Origin: Calditrichia bacterium
GTDB lineage: Bacteria > Calditrichota > Calditrichia > JAJRVZ01
Assembly (NCBI GenBank): GCA_963777955.1
Contig: CAVZSQ010000025.1
Span: 1-25,015, forward strand
Length of the DNA stretch: 25,015 bases
Reading direction: 5' to 3'
Numbering within the stretch: the first letter of the stretch is position 1; each line of letters opens with the position of its first letter. Positions 11,685 through 22,706 of this stretch are shown one piece after another. The notes beneath the pieces are model-generated. The model searched no databases. It was not told the origin of the DNA and worked only from the letters and a program-made list of their open reading frames with translations. The position numbers and the translations under genes are program-made.

Positions 11685-14104
11685 TTGATCGATAAAACTA
11701 TCTCCCATTATAAAATCCTCGAAAAAATCGGTCAGGGGGGTATGGGTGAAATATATAAGGCCGAAGATACCCGCTTGCAAAGAATAATCGCCCTCAAATT
11801 ATTACCTCCCGAACTGACCCGCGACCCCGAGGCAAAAAACAGATTCATCCATGAAGCCCAGGCCGCCTCTAAACTTGAACACCCCAATATATGTACGGTT
11901 TTCGAAATCGATGAAACCTCAGACGGCCAATGTTTCATCGCCATGTCCTATTGCGAGGGTATGACACTGAAAAAGAAAATTGAACAAAAACCACTGGATA
12001 TAAAAGAAGCAATCGATATCGCTATTCAGGTGTCCCAAGGACTGGATAAAGCACATAAAAAAGGAATCGTGCACCGCGATATCAAACCGGCCAATATTAT
12101 GATTACCGACGATGGCCTGGTCAAAATAGTAGATTTCGGATTGGCCAAATTAGCAACTCAGATCCAAACTTACCAAAGAGGGTGTAACCTTAGGCACGGT
12201 TGCTTACATGTCCCCTGAACAGGCCCGCGGGGAGGAGGTCAATCAGCAGACCGATATCTGGTCTCTGGGGGTGGTGCTGCATGAAATGCTGACCGGACAA
12301 ATCCCTTTTAAAGGTGAATACGAGAAAGCGATCATCTATTCGATTATTAACGAAGAACCGCAAACGGTTACCGCACTGCGCAGCGGCATACCGCTGGATC
12401 TGGAAAGGATAATTAATAAATGTTTACAAAAAAATCCGGCCGATCGCTACCAGCATGCAGATGAATTGATCGTCGACCTCCATCGCTTAAAAAAAGAATC
12501 TGAATCTAAAAGCAAAACTTCGGTCAGAACAGAAGAAAAAATGCTTCCCGGGCAATCACTTTTCAAATCAGCACGCCTGCTTACGGTCGCTATTCTGTTA
12601 GTACTTTTACTCCTGGTTGCCGGCTATTTCGTCATCAGCCATTTATCCCGGCAGGATCAGACCGAGCTGGTAAAATCAATCGCCGTTTTGCCCTTTGACG
12701 ATCTCAGTCCGGACCAGGACCAGGAATATTTCTGTGACGGTATGACCGAACAGACTCACCACCAACCTGAGCCGGCTGGACAAAATCAGAGTCCGCGGCC
12801 GCAATTCGGTCATGCAGTTTAAAAATACCGCTAAAACAATCCCCCAGATCGCCAGGGAATTCAATGTACACTATCTGCTGGAAGGCAGTATCCGCAAGGC
12901 CGCCAACCGTGTCCGGGTGACGGTTCAACTGATCAAGGCCGAGGATGATTACCATCTGTGGGCCAACGACTACGACCGTGAACTCGACGATGTCCTGAAC
13001 GTGCAGGATGAAATAGCCCGGGTGGTTACCGGGATATTATTGACCAAACTGTCCGCGGCAGACGAAGAAAAGATCAAGACGGAAAGACCGGCAAATACCG
13101 CTGCCTATGAATATTACCTTAAAGGAAAGTATTACCATAATAAGAAATTTTTAAATAGCAGCGATATGGCAGATTTTACCACAGCGGAAAAAATGCTATT
13201 GACAGCCATTGAACTGGATTCCAATTACGCACCAGCCTATACCCAACTCTCCGATCTGTATAATACCTATTATTTTCTACTTGTTAAAACCGCTGAAGAA
13301 AAAGATAAGTACATGAAATTACAGGAACATTATCTGGATATTGCTTACCGTCTGGATCCCGGATCAGCTGAGATCAATAGAGTTAAAGGAAATATTTATC
13401 AGACCAAGGGAGATTTAGAAAAAGCTTATCAATATCTTAAACGGAGCATTGAGTTAGATAAAAACGATATATACAATAATCAGCAATTTGGCTTCTTTTT
13501 AGTCCAAAGAGGACTCTATGATCTAGCGGTAAAATACTTGTTGCGGGTAATCGAAATTGATCCGCTTGAAACTTCAGTATATCCTATGCTGGCAACATCA
13601 TATTGGAATATGGGGCAACTGGACCAGGCCGAGATTTATTATAAAAAGACCCTGGAGATGTATCCGGAAGATTTAACTTCCCTGCAATATTATGCCCGCG
13701 TATTGTTTGACCTGAAAAAATACGATCAGTTTCGGGAAATCTGTCTGCAATATGAAAAACTTGACTCGGCTTCTGCCCGCACCAGATATCTGAGAGCATT
13801 ACAATATATACTCGCAGGAGAAAAAGATAAGGCCTTGAAGACATACGTTAAACCCGATCCTAACGTTAGCACCGATTTCTTTATTATGCGCTTCTATAAT
13901 CAATTTGGAATGTACGATGAATTCATACAGTATCTGGAAGAAGATTTTGGATGGCTTAAAAAAAGAGAAGAATCATTTTATCTGTGGTTAAAAAATGCTG
14001 CCCTGTATGATAATCTGCGTCCCTATCCCCGTTTTCAGCAGCTGCTGGAAAAACATAAACAATTGTATGAAGAGAATTTGAGGAAGTATAAGGATATAGA
14101 ATAA
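11685..14104 (+). CDS. Hanks-type Ser/Thr protein kinase with TM helix, TolB-like domain and TPR repeats; frameshifts near 12165 and 12755
   Basis: GQGGMGEIY, IALK, HRDIKPANI, DFG, GTVAYMSPE; TM LLTVAILLVLLLLVAGYFVI; SIAVLPF...YFCDGMTE, LEGSIRKAANRVRVTVQLI; C-terminal TPRs. TTG start with GAAGG RBS. Confidence 0.9.
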
Positions 14105-14111
14105 GTATATC

Positions 14112-14355
14112 ACTGTCCCGGCAGTGAACAATATATTCTAGAAAAAGGATATCATGGTAATTAATGTATAGTGCCGCCAGGCACGAAATATTACGTCCCT
14201 GCGGGACTACAACGAATAAGGCTAATCTATTGATCTAGAAATATATCATCCCTGAAGGGATGTTATTCGAGAATCATTATAATTTAAATAAATTAAAACA
14301 GAGATAATCTGTTAATTTTATCTGCGTCGAAGATCTGCGTCCATCCGCGGTCAAT
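14112..14355 (+). repeat. 244-bp direct repeat, copy B
   Basis: Differs from copy A at only a few positions (ggac/tgaac, one T indel, aaaat/ataat, gttc/gtcc). Starts 7 bp after the kinase stop. Confidence 0.95.
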
Positions 14356-14466
14356 CTGAATTCATTACCAATTACCCTTTAACCATTTCCCTATCAGAAA
14401 GTAATAGTGTGCTATACTGTTGCTTAGTCGCTTCAATTTACCAACCAAGTTTCGCACACTCTCGGC

Positions 14467-15264
14467 CTAAAGATTAAATCCAATAACAAAAGCAAAGGTG
14501 TTTACAGTAGAGACATTATATTCAGCTGCCATGTTGAGTGCCCAGATAGAATAGGCTACTCCAGCATATCCCTGTGCAATTAAAACGCTTTCTTTAGCCA
14601 GATCTACCTTGGAGGTTGTTTCAGTTCCTACTGCCAGGCTCTGTTTGAATCCAATATATGGAGTTAAGATGGCAATTTTTTTACTTGCTATTAAATCGAC
14701 GCTATAAATATTCATATTAAAGTCGGGGACCCCAGTGAGCATTGAAACACTCGCCCTTACGGCTGCTGCAGGATATTTTTCAGATTCTTGTAAGAATGCA
14801 TATTTAAATTCTCCACCCGCCAGACCGTAATTGGCACCCGGGGCAGTAGTCCAATAACCGCCAACATCCATATTATCGGATACTCCCATACTTGCCCGAA
14901 TCGTCGGAATTGATATCACATCGCCTAAAGGGCAGTCTGCATCAGGATGGGTAAATGTATTGATCCAGGCAGGATCGTGCTGGTTGACGGGAGTGTACGA
15001 GTTATTAATGGCAATATTAAAATTCATTTTGCCAAGAGTTTTTGCTGGTGCCAGTGATTTAAATGACACCATTGCGCCAGTCTGTTCAGTGAATTTATGC
15101 CACTGGGCTTGCGTCAGTGAAGAATTAATGACCATCGAACAGGTCTTGACATTTGGATCGATATGCCAGTAAATATTGCTACCGGTACTTTGTGCATACG
15201 ATACAGCTGCGAACAGGAATAGAACTAAAGATATTACTATTCCGTAAAGTTGTTTGCTTCTCAT
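14467..15264 (-). CDS. Hypothetical exported protein, probable outer-membrane beta-barrel
   Basis: Intact 265-aa ORF with AGGGGG RBS and a signal peptide ending VSYA. Amphipathic strands (GGEFKYAF, TPYIGF, YAGVAYS) and C-terminal FVIGFNL. Confidence 0.65.
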   Translation of the reverse strand: MRSKQLYGIVISLVLFLFAAVSYAQSTGSNIYWHIDPNVKTCSMVINSSLTQAQWHKFTEQTGAMVSFKSLAPAKTLGKMNFNIAINNSYTPVNQHDPAWINTFTHPDADCPLGDVISIPTIRASMGVSDNMDVGGYWTTAPGANYGLAGGEFKYAFLQESEKYPAAAVRASVSMLTGVPDFNMNIYSVDLIASKKIAILTPYIGFKQSLAVGTETTSKVDLAKESVLIAQGYAGVAYSIWALNMAAEYNVSTVNTFAFVIGFNL

Positions 15265-15332
15265 AATTACCCCCTTCTAAAATGGTCAACGTGTTGATTA
15301 ATTTGACTTGTTTTCATGTTTTGTTCTCATGG

Positions 15333-15900
15333 TTATTCACTTTTGGCATCGCTCCTGTGTTCGGCCAGCGTGCACCGATAAAATCAGTGCCCAATCCGCA
15401 AGGTTTGTGATATAATCCTGATCGCAGTCCTTGATTAACCCGACACAGATCAGCGAGGCCAGGCCATGGGTAAATGTCCACATTTTCCTCAGGAGTACGT
15501 ACCGCTCACTGTCTGATAGCGACGTGAATCACTGTCCTTGGTCAACTCGGATTCCAGAGTATCGAGGAATTCCTGGACAACATCACTAAAGTTGTCCCCT
15601 TCCATCATAAGGGCCCTGTAAAGCCGGCGGTGCTCGTGGGCAAACATAGCGACGCCGGTTCCCATATTCAGAAGAACCCGACGGTGTAAGATCGGGAGAT
15701 GAATTCAAGACGGTCTGTGTTTCCGCCATCACCACGGCGAACTCATCCATTGTAGCAAAGTGATTGTAGACGGGCGCTGTTGAGGAATCCAGTTTGAAGG
15801 CGACGTTTCGAGCGGTCAGCGAGTTCAGACCGATTTCCTCCACCACGCTCAGGGCTGCCCCTATCACTTCATCTCTTGTATACTTAATTTTAGGTGGCAT
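15333..15900 (-). CDS. TetR/AcrR family regulator with a WHG-type C-terminal domain; several frameshifts
   Basis: N-terminal HTH MPPKIKYTRDEVIGAAL...LTARNVAFKLDSSTAPVYNHF. A shifted-frame C-terminus LLRKMWTFTHGLASLICVG ends at TAA 15333-15335. Confidence 0.8.
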
Positions 15901-15913
15901 ATCTCATTATTCC

Positions 15914-15969
15914 ATAACTAATGTTATATAACATACGTTAGCAAACGTATGTTATATAACAAATGTTTC
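15914..15969. promoter_or_regulatory. Four tandem 14-bp palindromic operators ATAAC-N4-GTTAT, probable TetR autoregulatory sites
   Basis: ATAACTAATGTTAT / ATAACATACGTTAG / CAAACGTATGTTAT / ATAACAAATGTTTC. Includes a perfect 18-bp inverted repeat (15922-15939 and 15944-15961), immediately upstream of the tetR ATG. Confidence 0.75.
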
Positions 15970-16045
15970 ATAAATTTTCAAGTATTTTTTAAAAATATTG
16001 CTCGAATATTCTCCCCGGTTGGCTCAAAACCGAGTTGGTATAAAG

Positions 16046-16112
16046 AATTAATTAAGAAGTGATAGATCTAGCACCGACGCTCCCTTGGGAACGCCTGGAA
16101 GCCGGCGATTTA
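16046..16112 (+). repeat. Two-hairpin dispersed element, copy R4 (3'-truncated)
   Basis: GATAGATCTAGCACCGACGCTCCCTTGGGAACGCCTGGAAGCCGGCGATTT, then oxidoreductase-derived sequence. Confidence 0.9.
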
Positions 16113-16492
16113 AGCGGGTTTTCCACTGTAACAGGCGATTAAAGCTACGATCGGCTTCCCATGCATATCTTTGGGCAGCCATGGTGCAGGAGGCGCGGGG
16201 CGCATCAGCAGGGCAAGTGTAAGTTCAAGCGGGGATTTCTCGGTAAGTGTACGGTACAACTCAAGCACCTTTGGCGCATCGCTGGCCGGCCAGGCGACAA
16301 TGCCGCCAACTACCTCAGGACCGACTGGATGAAGCACATAATCGATGCCGGTCACATTGTCCGTCGTCCAACTCTAGCGCCTGGTCAGATAACCGAATCC
16401 GCCGCCGAGAGTCAGTCCCGCAACGCCCGTGAGCGACACGAAACCAAGTAAGGCAGCGAGCCCATGCACTACGTTTCACGATCCACGTCACC
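16113..16492 (-). pseudogene. Decayed internal fragment of a second FAD/BBE oxidoreductase
   Basis: Aligns to about 21553-22043 (GDVDRET...ACYSGK). It has two nonsense codons (CAG>TAG, TGG>TAG), a frameshift and a 111-bp in-frame deletion. Confidence 0.9.
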
Positions 16493-17814
16493 AAATGGTC
16501 CTTTACTTCCTGCCCGCATGTCCTGTGTAACGGCAATTGCAGCCCGGCCTGAATCACGGCCGAACAGAAGAAAATAGACTGTTCCCGCCAACCCAAAACC
16601 GAAAGCGACCAGGAAGTTGGTTGCCGGCGAAGCAATGGAGTTGAAGAATGGCAAAAGATCCTGCCCTGCCCCGAGGGTGGCTATGATCAGTTCTACCGTT
16701 GAGGAGTCCCAGAGCAACGCCCCGCCAAAGGCCGCGATGGAGACGATAATGTCTCGGATGAGATAGTACACATCCAAACGTCGCCGCTTTTCTGCCCGTC
16801 CGGGGCTAAATCCATTATCAACGCTTTACGTGTGGGTTCGCCAAACTCTTTCAGCCCGCGGATTGCGAAAGCAACAGCCATTACCCAGAATGACTTTGCG
16901 GCAAGTAGATACCAGCGGGAAAAATTGCGAAAAAAACAAACGTTGTCACCACGAATGGTTTTTTGGTACTCTTATCCGCCAGATAAGCCACCGGAACATA
17001 TACCAGCATCGCCGTCATCATCTCGATTGTCGTCAACAAGCCAAATTGCAGCGGCGTAATCTTGTTGATGCTGACACACCAGATCACGACAAAAGCATAC
17101 GGAATTTGCTCACAAAAACGCACCAGTATATCCGCTACCAGCAGGTTTCGCAACGGCTGTACTGAGCAGGGCCGGGCCGTAGGACCCTGTACGTTTCTCG
17201 GCAGGAGTCCGTTTTTCAACGGAAATCATTACCTGCTGCAATATGAGCGACACGCCGGCCAGCAGCAGGGCGACGATGAAGGCGAGACGCACACCTTGCC
17301 TTTCTCCGAATGCACCGATCAGTGCGCCGCCAATCAGGGGCCCCAAAGCCATCGGAATACGCCGGACAAGCGAGTGCAGCGACACACCCATGGTCCGCTT
17401 GCTCCCGCGGTAAAACGGTCGCCACCATATCCATCGTGGCTGGCAATGAGATGGCCGTCCAGGAAACGAACAGGATTGCGCCAGGATGACGGCTTGCCAA
17501 CTGGGGATAACGATCACCACCACATAACCCGCCATGGCAATCAGATTGAACAGCAAAAGGGCGCGTTTGTAGCCCAGTTTATCGCTGGCGTAACCGCCGG
17601 GGAATGAATACAGGGCGCTGAGGAGATTGTCCAGACCGTTCAGCAAACCGATCGAAAACGCGCCGCCGCCCAGGGCCATCAGGTAAAGCGGTAGAAACCG
17701 CTCGGCCATCTTTTCCCCCAGCCCCACCAGTATTACCATGGCCAGCAGAGCCAGAATGTTTTTCTGTAAACCCAGGAAACCGGCTATTCGCCGGCGGTGC
17801 TTTACGATCTGCAT
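16469..17814 (-). CDS. Major facilitator superfamily transporter; multiple frameshifts
   Basis: MFS motif A GGYASDKLGYKRALL and its repeat VAYLADKSTKKPF; GLKEFGEPTRKALIMDLAP. Hydrophobic helices across ORFs 17110..17814, 16881..17219, 16693..16881 and 16469..16777. Confidence 0.85.
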
Positions 17815-17867
17815 ATCAACACAAGATCTTCGTGGAATAAAAAATTACACCATGCGGTTAGGCAGGA

Positions 17868-19528
17868 TCACATTTCCTGCAGATATTTGCGTACGAAGCG
17901 GATGGCCATGGCCCCTTCCCCCACCGCCGCCGAGATGCCTTTCATGGCGCCGAAACGGACATCCCCCGAGGCAAAAATCCCGGGTACGCTCGTCTCGGTC
18001 AGAAACGGTTCCCTGTTCAGGTCCCATAATTTTTGAAATTTATTATCTTTGGTCAAATCGCTGCCGCTGAGATGAATCCCGATTCGTCTCTCAGTATTAA
18101 ACCGTCAAGCCAGGCGGTGCCGGGTTTCATGCCGACATAGATAAAAAGCGCCTTGGCCGGCACAGTTTTTTCTGCCCCGCTGTTCCTGTCTTTAAGGGTA
18201 ATATTTTCCAGAACAGTTGAGCCGCCGCAGGCAACGACATCGGTATTGCCGGTTATTTTTATATTTGGCGTACAGTTTATATTTTCCACCAGGTAATTGG
18301 CGGCTGTTTCCGTCAGTTTATCGCGCCTGATCAGGATATTTACTTCGCCGGCAAATTTGCTCATGTACATGGCGGCCTGGCAGGCGGAATTACCGCCGCC
18401 GACGATGTAGATGATCTCGCCCCGGCAGGCCTGGGCTTCCACTGCCGCATTACCGTAATAAATCCCCGCCCCGCTGAATTTTTCCAGCCCCGGAATTTCA
18501 ATCCGCTTATAAGCGATGCCGGTGGCGATCACCACTGTTTTGCTGTGTATCTCCGAACCGTTGGTCAAAAGGGTGATTTTATATCCGTCTTTAACGGTTA
18601 TACTTTGTACTTCGGCGGGGGTCAGAATTTCTGTGCCGAAGCGCCGCGTCTGGGTCATGGCCCGGCGGGCTAACTCGGCCCCGGAAAGACCGCTGGGAAA
18701 ACCAAGATAATTTTCAATACGGGCGCTGCTGCTGGCCTGTCCGCCGGGATTGCTCTTTTCAATCAGCACTGTTTTGAGCCCTTCGCACGACCCGTATACC
18801 GAAGCGGCCAGTCCGGCCGGTCCGGCTCCGATGATCAACACATCGTACATTTCTTTACTGGCCTTTTGCTTGAGTCCTACAGCGGCGGCCAGGTCGGACA
18901 CCTCCGGATCATTCATAAAGGAACCATCTTTAAATACCACCAGCGGCAAGCCGGACCTGGAGGCATGAGCGCTGGCCAGATATTTTTCAGCCTCGGCATC
19001 ATTTTCGACATCCATCCAGATGTAGGGTACCAGGTTTCCGGCCAGAAATTCCTTGAGCCGGTGCGATTTGGGCGACCATTGAAAACCGATAATGCGTGTC
19101 GCTTCATGATCGGGCTTGTAAAGCGCCTGCCAGTCATCGAGCAACTCGTTGACCACCGGGAAAAGTTTTTCTTCCGGCGGGTGCCAGGGCTTCAGCAAAT
19201 AATAATCGAGTTTGACACTGTTGATCGCCCTGATGGCGGCTTCAATATCCGAGTAGGCGGTCAGCAGCACTTTCCTGGCCGAGGGGAAAATCTCATTCGT
19301 TTTTTCCAGGAAGGCCACCCCCTCCATTTCGGGCATGCGCTGATCGGAAATGAATAAAGCCACCGCTTCATTCTTCAACTTTAATTCCCTGATCAACTCC
19401 AGCGCTTCCAGGGCGGAATCGGTGGCCACGATTTTGTAACCTTCACGGTATTCATTCCTGATGTCCCGCTGGATGGCCCGCAGTACCTGAATATCGTCAT
19501 CGATTATTACGATGTAAGGAAATTTCAT
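17868..19528 (-). CDS. Response-regulator receiver fused to a thioredoxin-reductase-like FAD-dependent oxidoreductase; frameshift near 18060
   Basis: REC: IIDDD, SDQRMP, LLTAY, KPW. TrxB: IIGAGPAGLAA, IENYLGFPSG, VVIATG, VGGGNSA, ETSVPGIFASGDVR, AAVGEG. Confidence 0.9.
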
Positions 19529-19530
19529 TT

Positions 19531-20973
19531 TTACGCCTGGCTGACTTTTATTTCTGTTGATTCCTGTTTTTGTTCCCGGGGCAGGCAGACCGAAAACTCC
19601 GTCCGGCCGGGCTCGGAGGCGACTTTTATCTCGCCCTGGTGATGTTTCACGATCCTTTTTACAATATCCAGACCGATGCCTGTGCCTTCACCTACTTTTT
19701 TTGTGGTGAAAAACGGATCGAAAATACGCGATATTATTTCTTTGGGAATCCCGGCACCGTTATCGATAATGCCGACCGTCACATTTTTATGATCACGGCT
19801 TGTTTCAATAGTAATCTCCCCGTTTTTTCCCAGGGCAAATATGGCGTTATCGATCAGGTTGGTCCAGACCTGGTTGAGTTCGCCGATGTAGGCGGGAACA
19901 GCCGGCAGTTCCGGGAAAAATTTTTTCTGCACGCTTATATTTTTCTCACGGAGTTTGTAGCCAAAAAGGGTCAGGGTGTTTTCGATATCCCGGTGAATAT
20001 CGGTGGGCTGCAACTCGTTGGTCCTGTCCAGATGTACATAACTTTTTATCGATCCGACCAGCTTGGAGATGTGGCTGGAGGCTTCACTAAGGTCCCTGAT
20101 AATTTTACGGGAACTCAATAAATTTTCAAGCCAGGGCAGCGCCTGGACGAAGTCCTGCCTTCCCACCTGGTTGAGAATATTTTCAAGTTCCACAACTGAA
20201 AATCCCAGTTCAGAAAATGTTTCGGCCAGGTCTCTGCCGTTGGCCCCGTTTTTTTTCAACCACCCGGCCAGCTCGTCTTCGTATTCCATCTGCCGTAAAG
20301 CCGGAAGTCTGATTTTAGCAGACACGCGGATTTCAATTTTCTCGACCAGCGTCTGAATGGTTTGCATATGCTCCGGGGTCATCTTGCTCTGCAGCAGATC
20401 TCTGGTCAGCTCGTAATTACGATCCAATCTTTGACCGAGTTCATGGGCGATGCGGTTGATCGCCGCCGCCGGATTATTCAATTCATGGGCAATTCCCGCA
20501 GCCAGGTTCCCCAGGGCATTCACTTTTTCATACTGCAACTGGGTGGTGGCAAAGGCCCGGGCCCTTTCGGTCATGTATCCGACCAGCCGCTGAATTAAAT
20601 CAGGATTCAGCTGTTCCAGTTCGATAAAATACTTTTTATGCAGTTGCAGTGCTTTTACATCCCCCGCGGCATAAGAATAGCCGGGGTATGTTTTCATCCT
20701 GGAGTACGGCATTAAACCGGTCACTCCGCCTGTAGATTTATCATTCTCAAAGGTAAAATAGTACACCTGGCGTCCGTTGATGTACATATAAAAAGCGATC
20801 TTGCCGGCCAAAAGAATTATCAGTACAGCGGCTTCATCGCCATATTTGGCTATGAGATCGCCATCGGCATATTCAAAATATTCCGAGCGATCAAGAATCC
20901 ACTGCAGATGTTCATCAGGCAGGTCGCTTAAAGCGATAACTTTTTTCAAATCTTCAATGAGTACCGGTTGCAT
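19531..20973 (-). CDS. Cytoplasmic sensor histidine kinase with an N-terminal cyclic-nucleotide-binding-like domain
   Basis: Intact 480-aa ORF. H box [11 protein letters not shown] box [13 protein letters not shown]1 DNGAGIP, F box FDPFFTTK, G2 GTGIGL. Confidence 0.92.
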   Translation of the reverse strand: MQPVLIEDLKKVIALSDLPDEHLQWILDRSEYFEYADGDLIAKYGDEAAVLIILLAGKIAFYMYINGRQVYYFTFENDKSTGGVTGLMPYSRMKTYPGYSYAAGDVKALQLHKKYFIELEQLNPDLIQRLVGYMTERARAFATTQLQYEKVNALGNLAAGIAHELNNPAAAINRIAHELGQRLDRNYELTRDLLQSKMTPEHMQTIQTLVEKIEIRVSAKIRLPALRQMEYEDELAGWLKKNGANGRDLAETFSELGFSVVELENILNQVGRQDFVQALPWLENLLSSRKIIRDLSEASSHISKLVGSIKSYVHLDRTNELQPTDIHRDIENTLTLFGYKLREKNISVQKKFFPELPAVPAYIGELNQVWTNLIDNAIFALGKNGEITIETSRDHKNVTVGIIDNGAGIPKEIISRIFDPFFTTKKVGEGTGIGLDIVKRIVKHHQGEIKVASEPGRTEFSVCLPREQKQESTEIKVSQA

Positions 20974-20999
20974 CGGTCAAATTGCCTTAAATGTTCAAC

Positions 21000-22415
21000 T
21001 CAGGCCGGTTTGATGTTCCGGTTGGTACGGAACAAATTCTGCGGATCCCATTGCGCTTTGATCTCGGCTAACCGCTGCAGTCCCGTGCCCAGCGCGGCCT
21101 CGGTCCGCTCGAATCCTTCTTCTTCGGTAATAAAGTTTATATATGTGCCGCCGGTCGAGAACGATTTCAGGTCGGTCCAGGCCCGGCGCACCCATTCTAT
21201 GTTCACGGTATCATCAGCCGCCTGCTCCCACGAACCGGCCACATTAAACAGGTAGCGTGCGTTGCGGTTGCCGACGGGAGAGTGCCCTTCTTCTGACCGG
21301 TTCAGAGCACCTTCGAGCTGGAACAGGATCACCGCCGAGTGGGGTGATCTGATTCCCGCGGCATGCTCGATGACCTTCCCGCACAGGGCTGGCTCGATGC
21401 CCGCCAGGTACTCGCTCTTCCAGTAATAACGCCGGCCCTTGGGCTGCGTGGCATCGAGTAACGATTGCAATTGTACGTACGGCCGGCGTACAAGAATATC
21501 ACCAATGGGATTTCCGAACGACTTGATCGGGGCAACGACCTTCTCGCCATCAGCGGCTTTGCCGCTGTAGCAGGCGAGTATGGCAACTATAGGTTTCCCA
21601 TGCATGTCCTTCGGCAGCCACGGCGCCGGGGGTGCCGGGCGCATCAGCGCGACCAGGGTGAGTTCGGCCGGCGCCTTGGCTGAAAGTGTGCGGTACAGAT
21701 CCAGCACCTTTGGCGCCTCGCTGGCCGGCCAGGCTACCAGGCCGCCGACAACTTCAGGACCGACAGGATGGAGTACATAATCGATGCCGGTGACCACGCC
21801 GAAGTTCCCGCCGCCGCCCCGCAGCCCCCAGAACAGATCGGTATTCTCATCATTGCTGGCCCGCACTATTTTTGCGTCAGCGGTTATGACTTCCATTCCG
21901 GCAACATTGTCCGTCGTCCAGCCCCAGCGCCTGGTCAGATAACCGAATCCGCCGCCGAGGGTAAGTCCGGTCACGCCGGTGAGCGAGACGAAACCAAGTA
22001 TGGCAGCGAGACCATGCAACTGCGTTTCACGATCCACGTCGCCGAGCAGGCAGCCGGCCTGAGCGTGAGCGATTTTTCTCTGTGGATCCACCCATACACC
22101 ACGCATAAGCGACATATCAAGCATAAGTGCGCCGTCGGCCGTGGCCAGGCCCGCGATGTTGTGTCCTCCCCCTTTGATGCAGAGCAGGATATCATTTTCG
22201 CGCGCGAATTGTACGCAGGCTATCACATCGGCTTTCCCGAGGCAGCGCACAACAGCCGCAGGACGACGGTCGATCATGGCATTCCAGACGGTCCGGGATT
22301 CCTCGTAGCCGGCATCACCGGGTAGGAACAGCGACCCCCGTAAACGCATTTTCAGACCATCGAAGATGTCCTGCTTCAGATCTCACTCATGCCCTTGTGT
22401 TGTTTTCACTCTCAT
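21000..22415 (-). CDS. FAD-binding oxidoreductase, berberine-bridge-enzyme (BBE)/FAD_binding_4 family; probable frameshift near 22385
   Basis: KGGGHNIAG, GLTLGGGFG, LFWGLRGGGGNFGVVT, YINF, KAQWDPQNLFR. The likely true start is ATG 22415 with a GAGAGGA RBS; the in-frame ORF starts at 22349. Confidence 0.92.
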
Positions 22416-22599
22416 TGTTCTGGTCCTCTCAGTAATAATTATGTTTAAACATATTCACCTGCAACAATCCGCCCGCAATAAGATAATTTATTGTTAAAAG
22501 ATCATATATTTCTGTGCGGTCATTGTACATAGTAATATGAATAATGTAACTGGAGTGTAAAATATTCCCGGGAATTGATGGCAGTTCTTAACAGGCAAT

Positions 22600-22683
22600 A
22601 TTAACAGTTACAAGGATAGAGCTGGCGGGTGCCGCCCCTTTGGGAGCGCATGAAAACCAGCGCTTTATTCATTGACTTTTTTA
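22600..22683 (+). repeat. Two-hairpin dispersed element, copy R5 (most diverged)
   Basis: ATTAACAGTTACAAGGATAGAGCTGGCGGGTGCCGCCCCTTTGGGAGCGCATGAAAACCAGCG; 21 of the first 24 nt match R3. Confidence 0.8.
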
Positions 22684-22706
22684 TCCTCTTCGTGGAACGT
22701 CTGCGG

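Noticed and set aside
22612..22660. GGATAGAGC as a tRNA D-arm (tRNA or att remnant)
   Set aside because: No GTTCRA T-loop, cloverleaf or CCA end in any copy.
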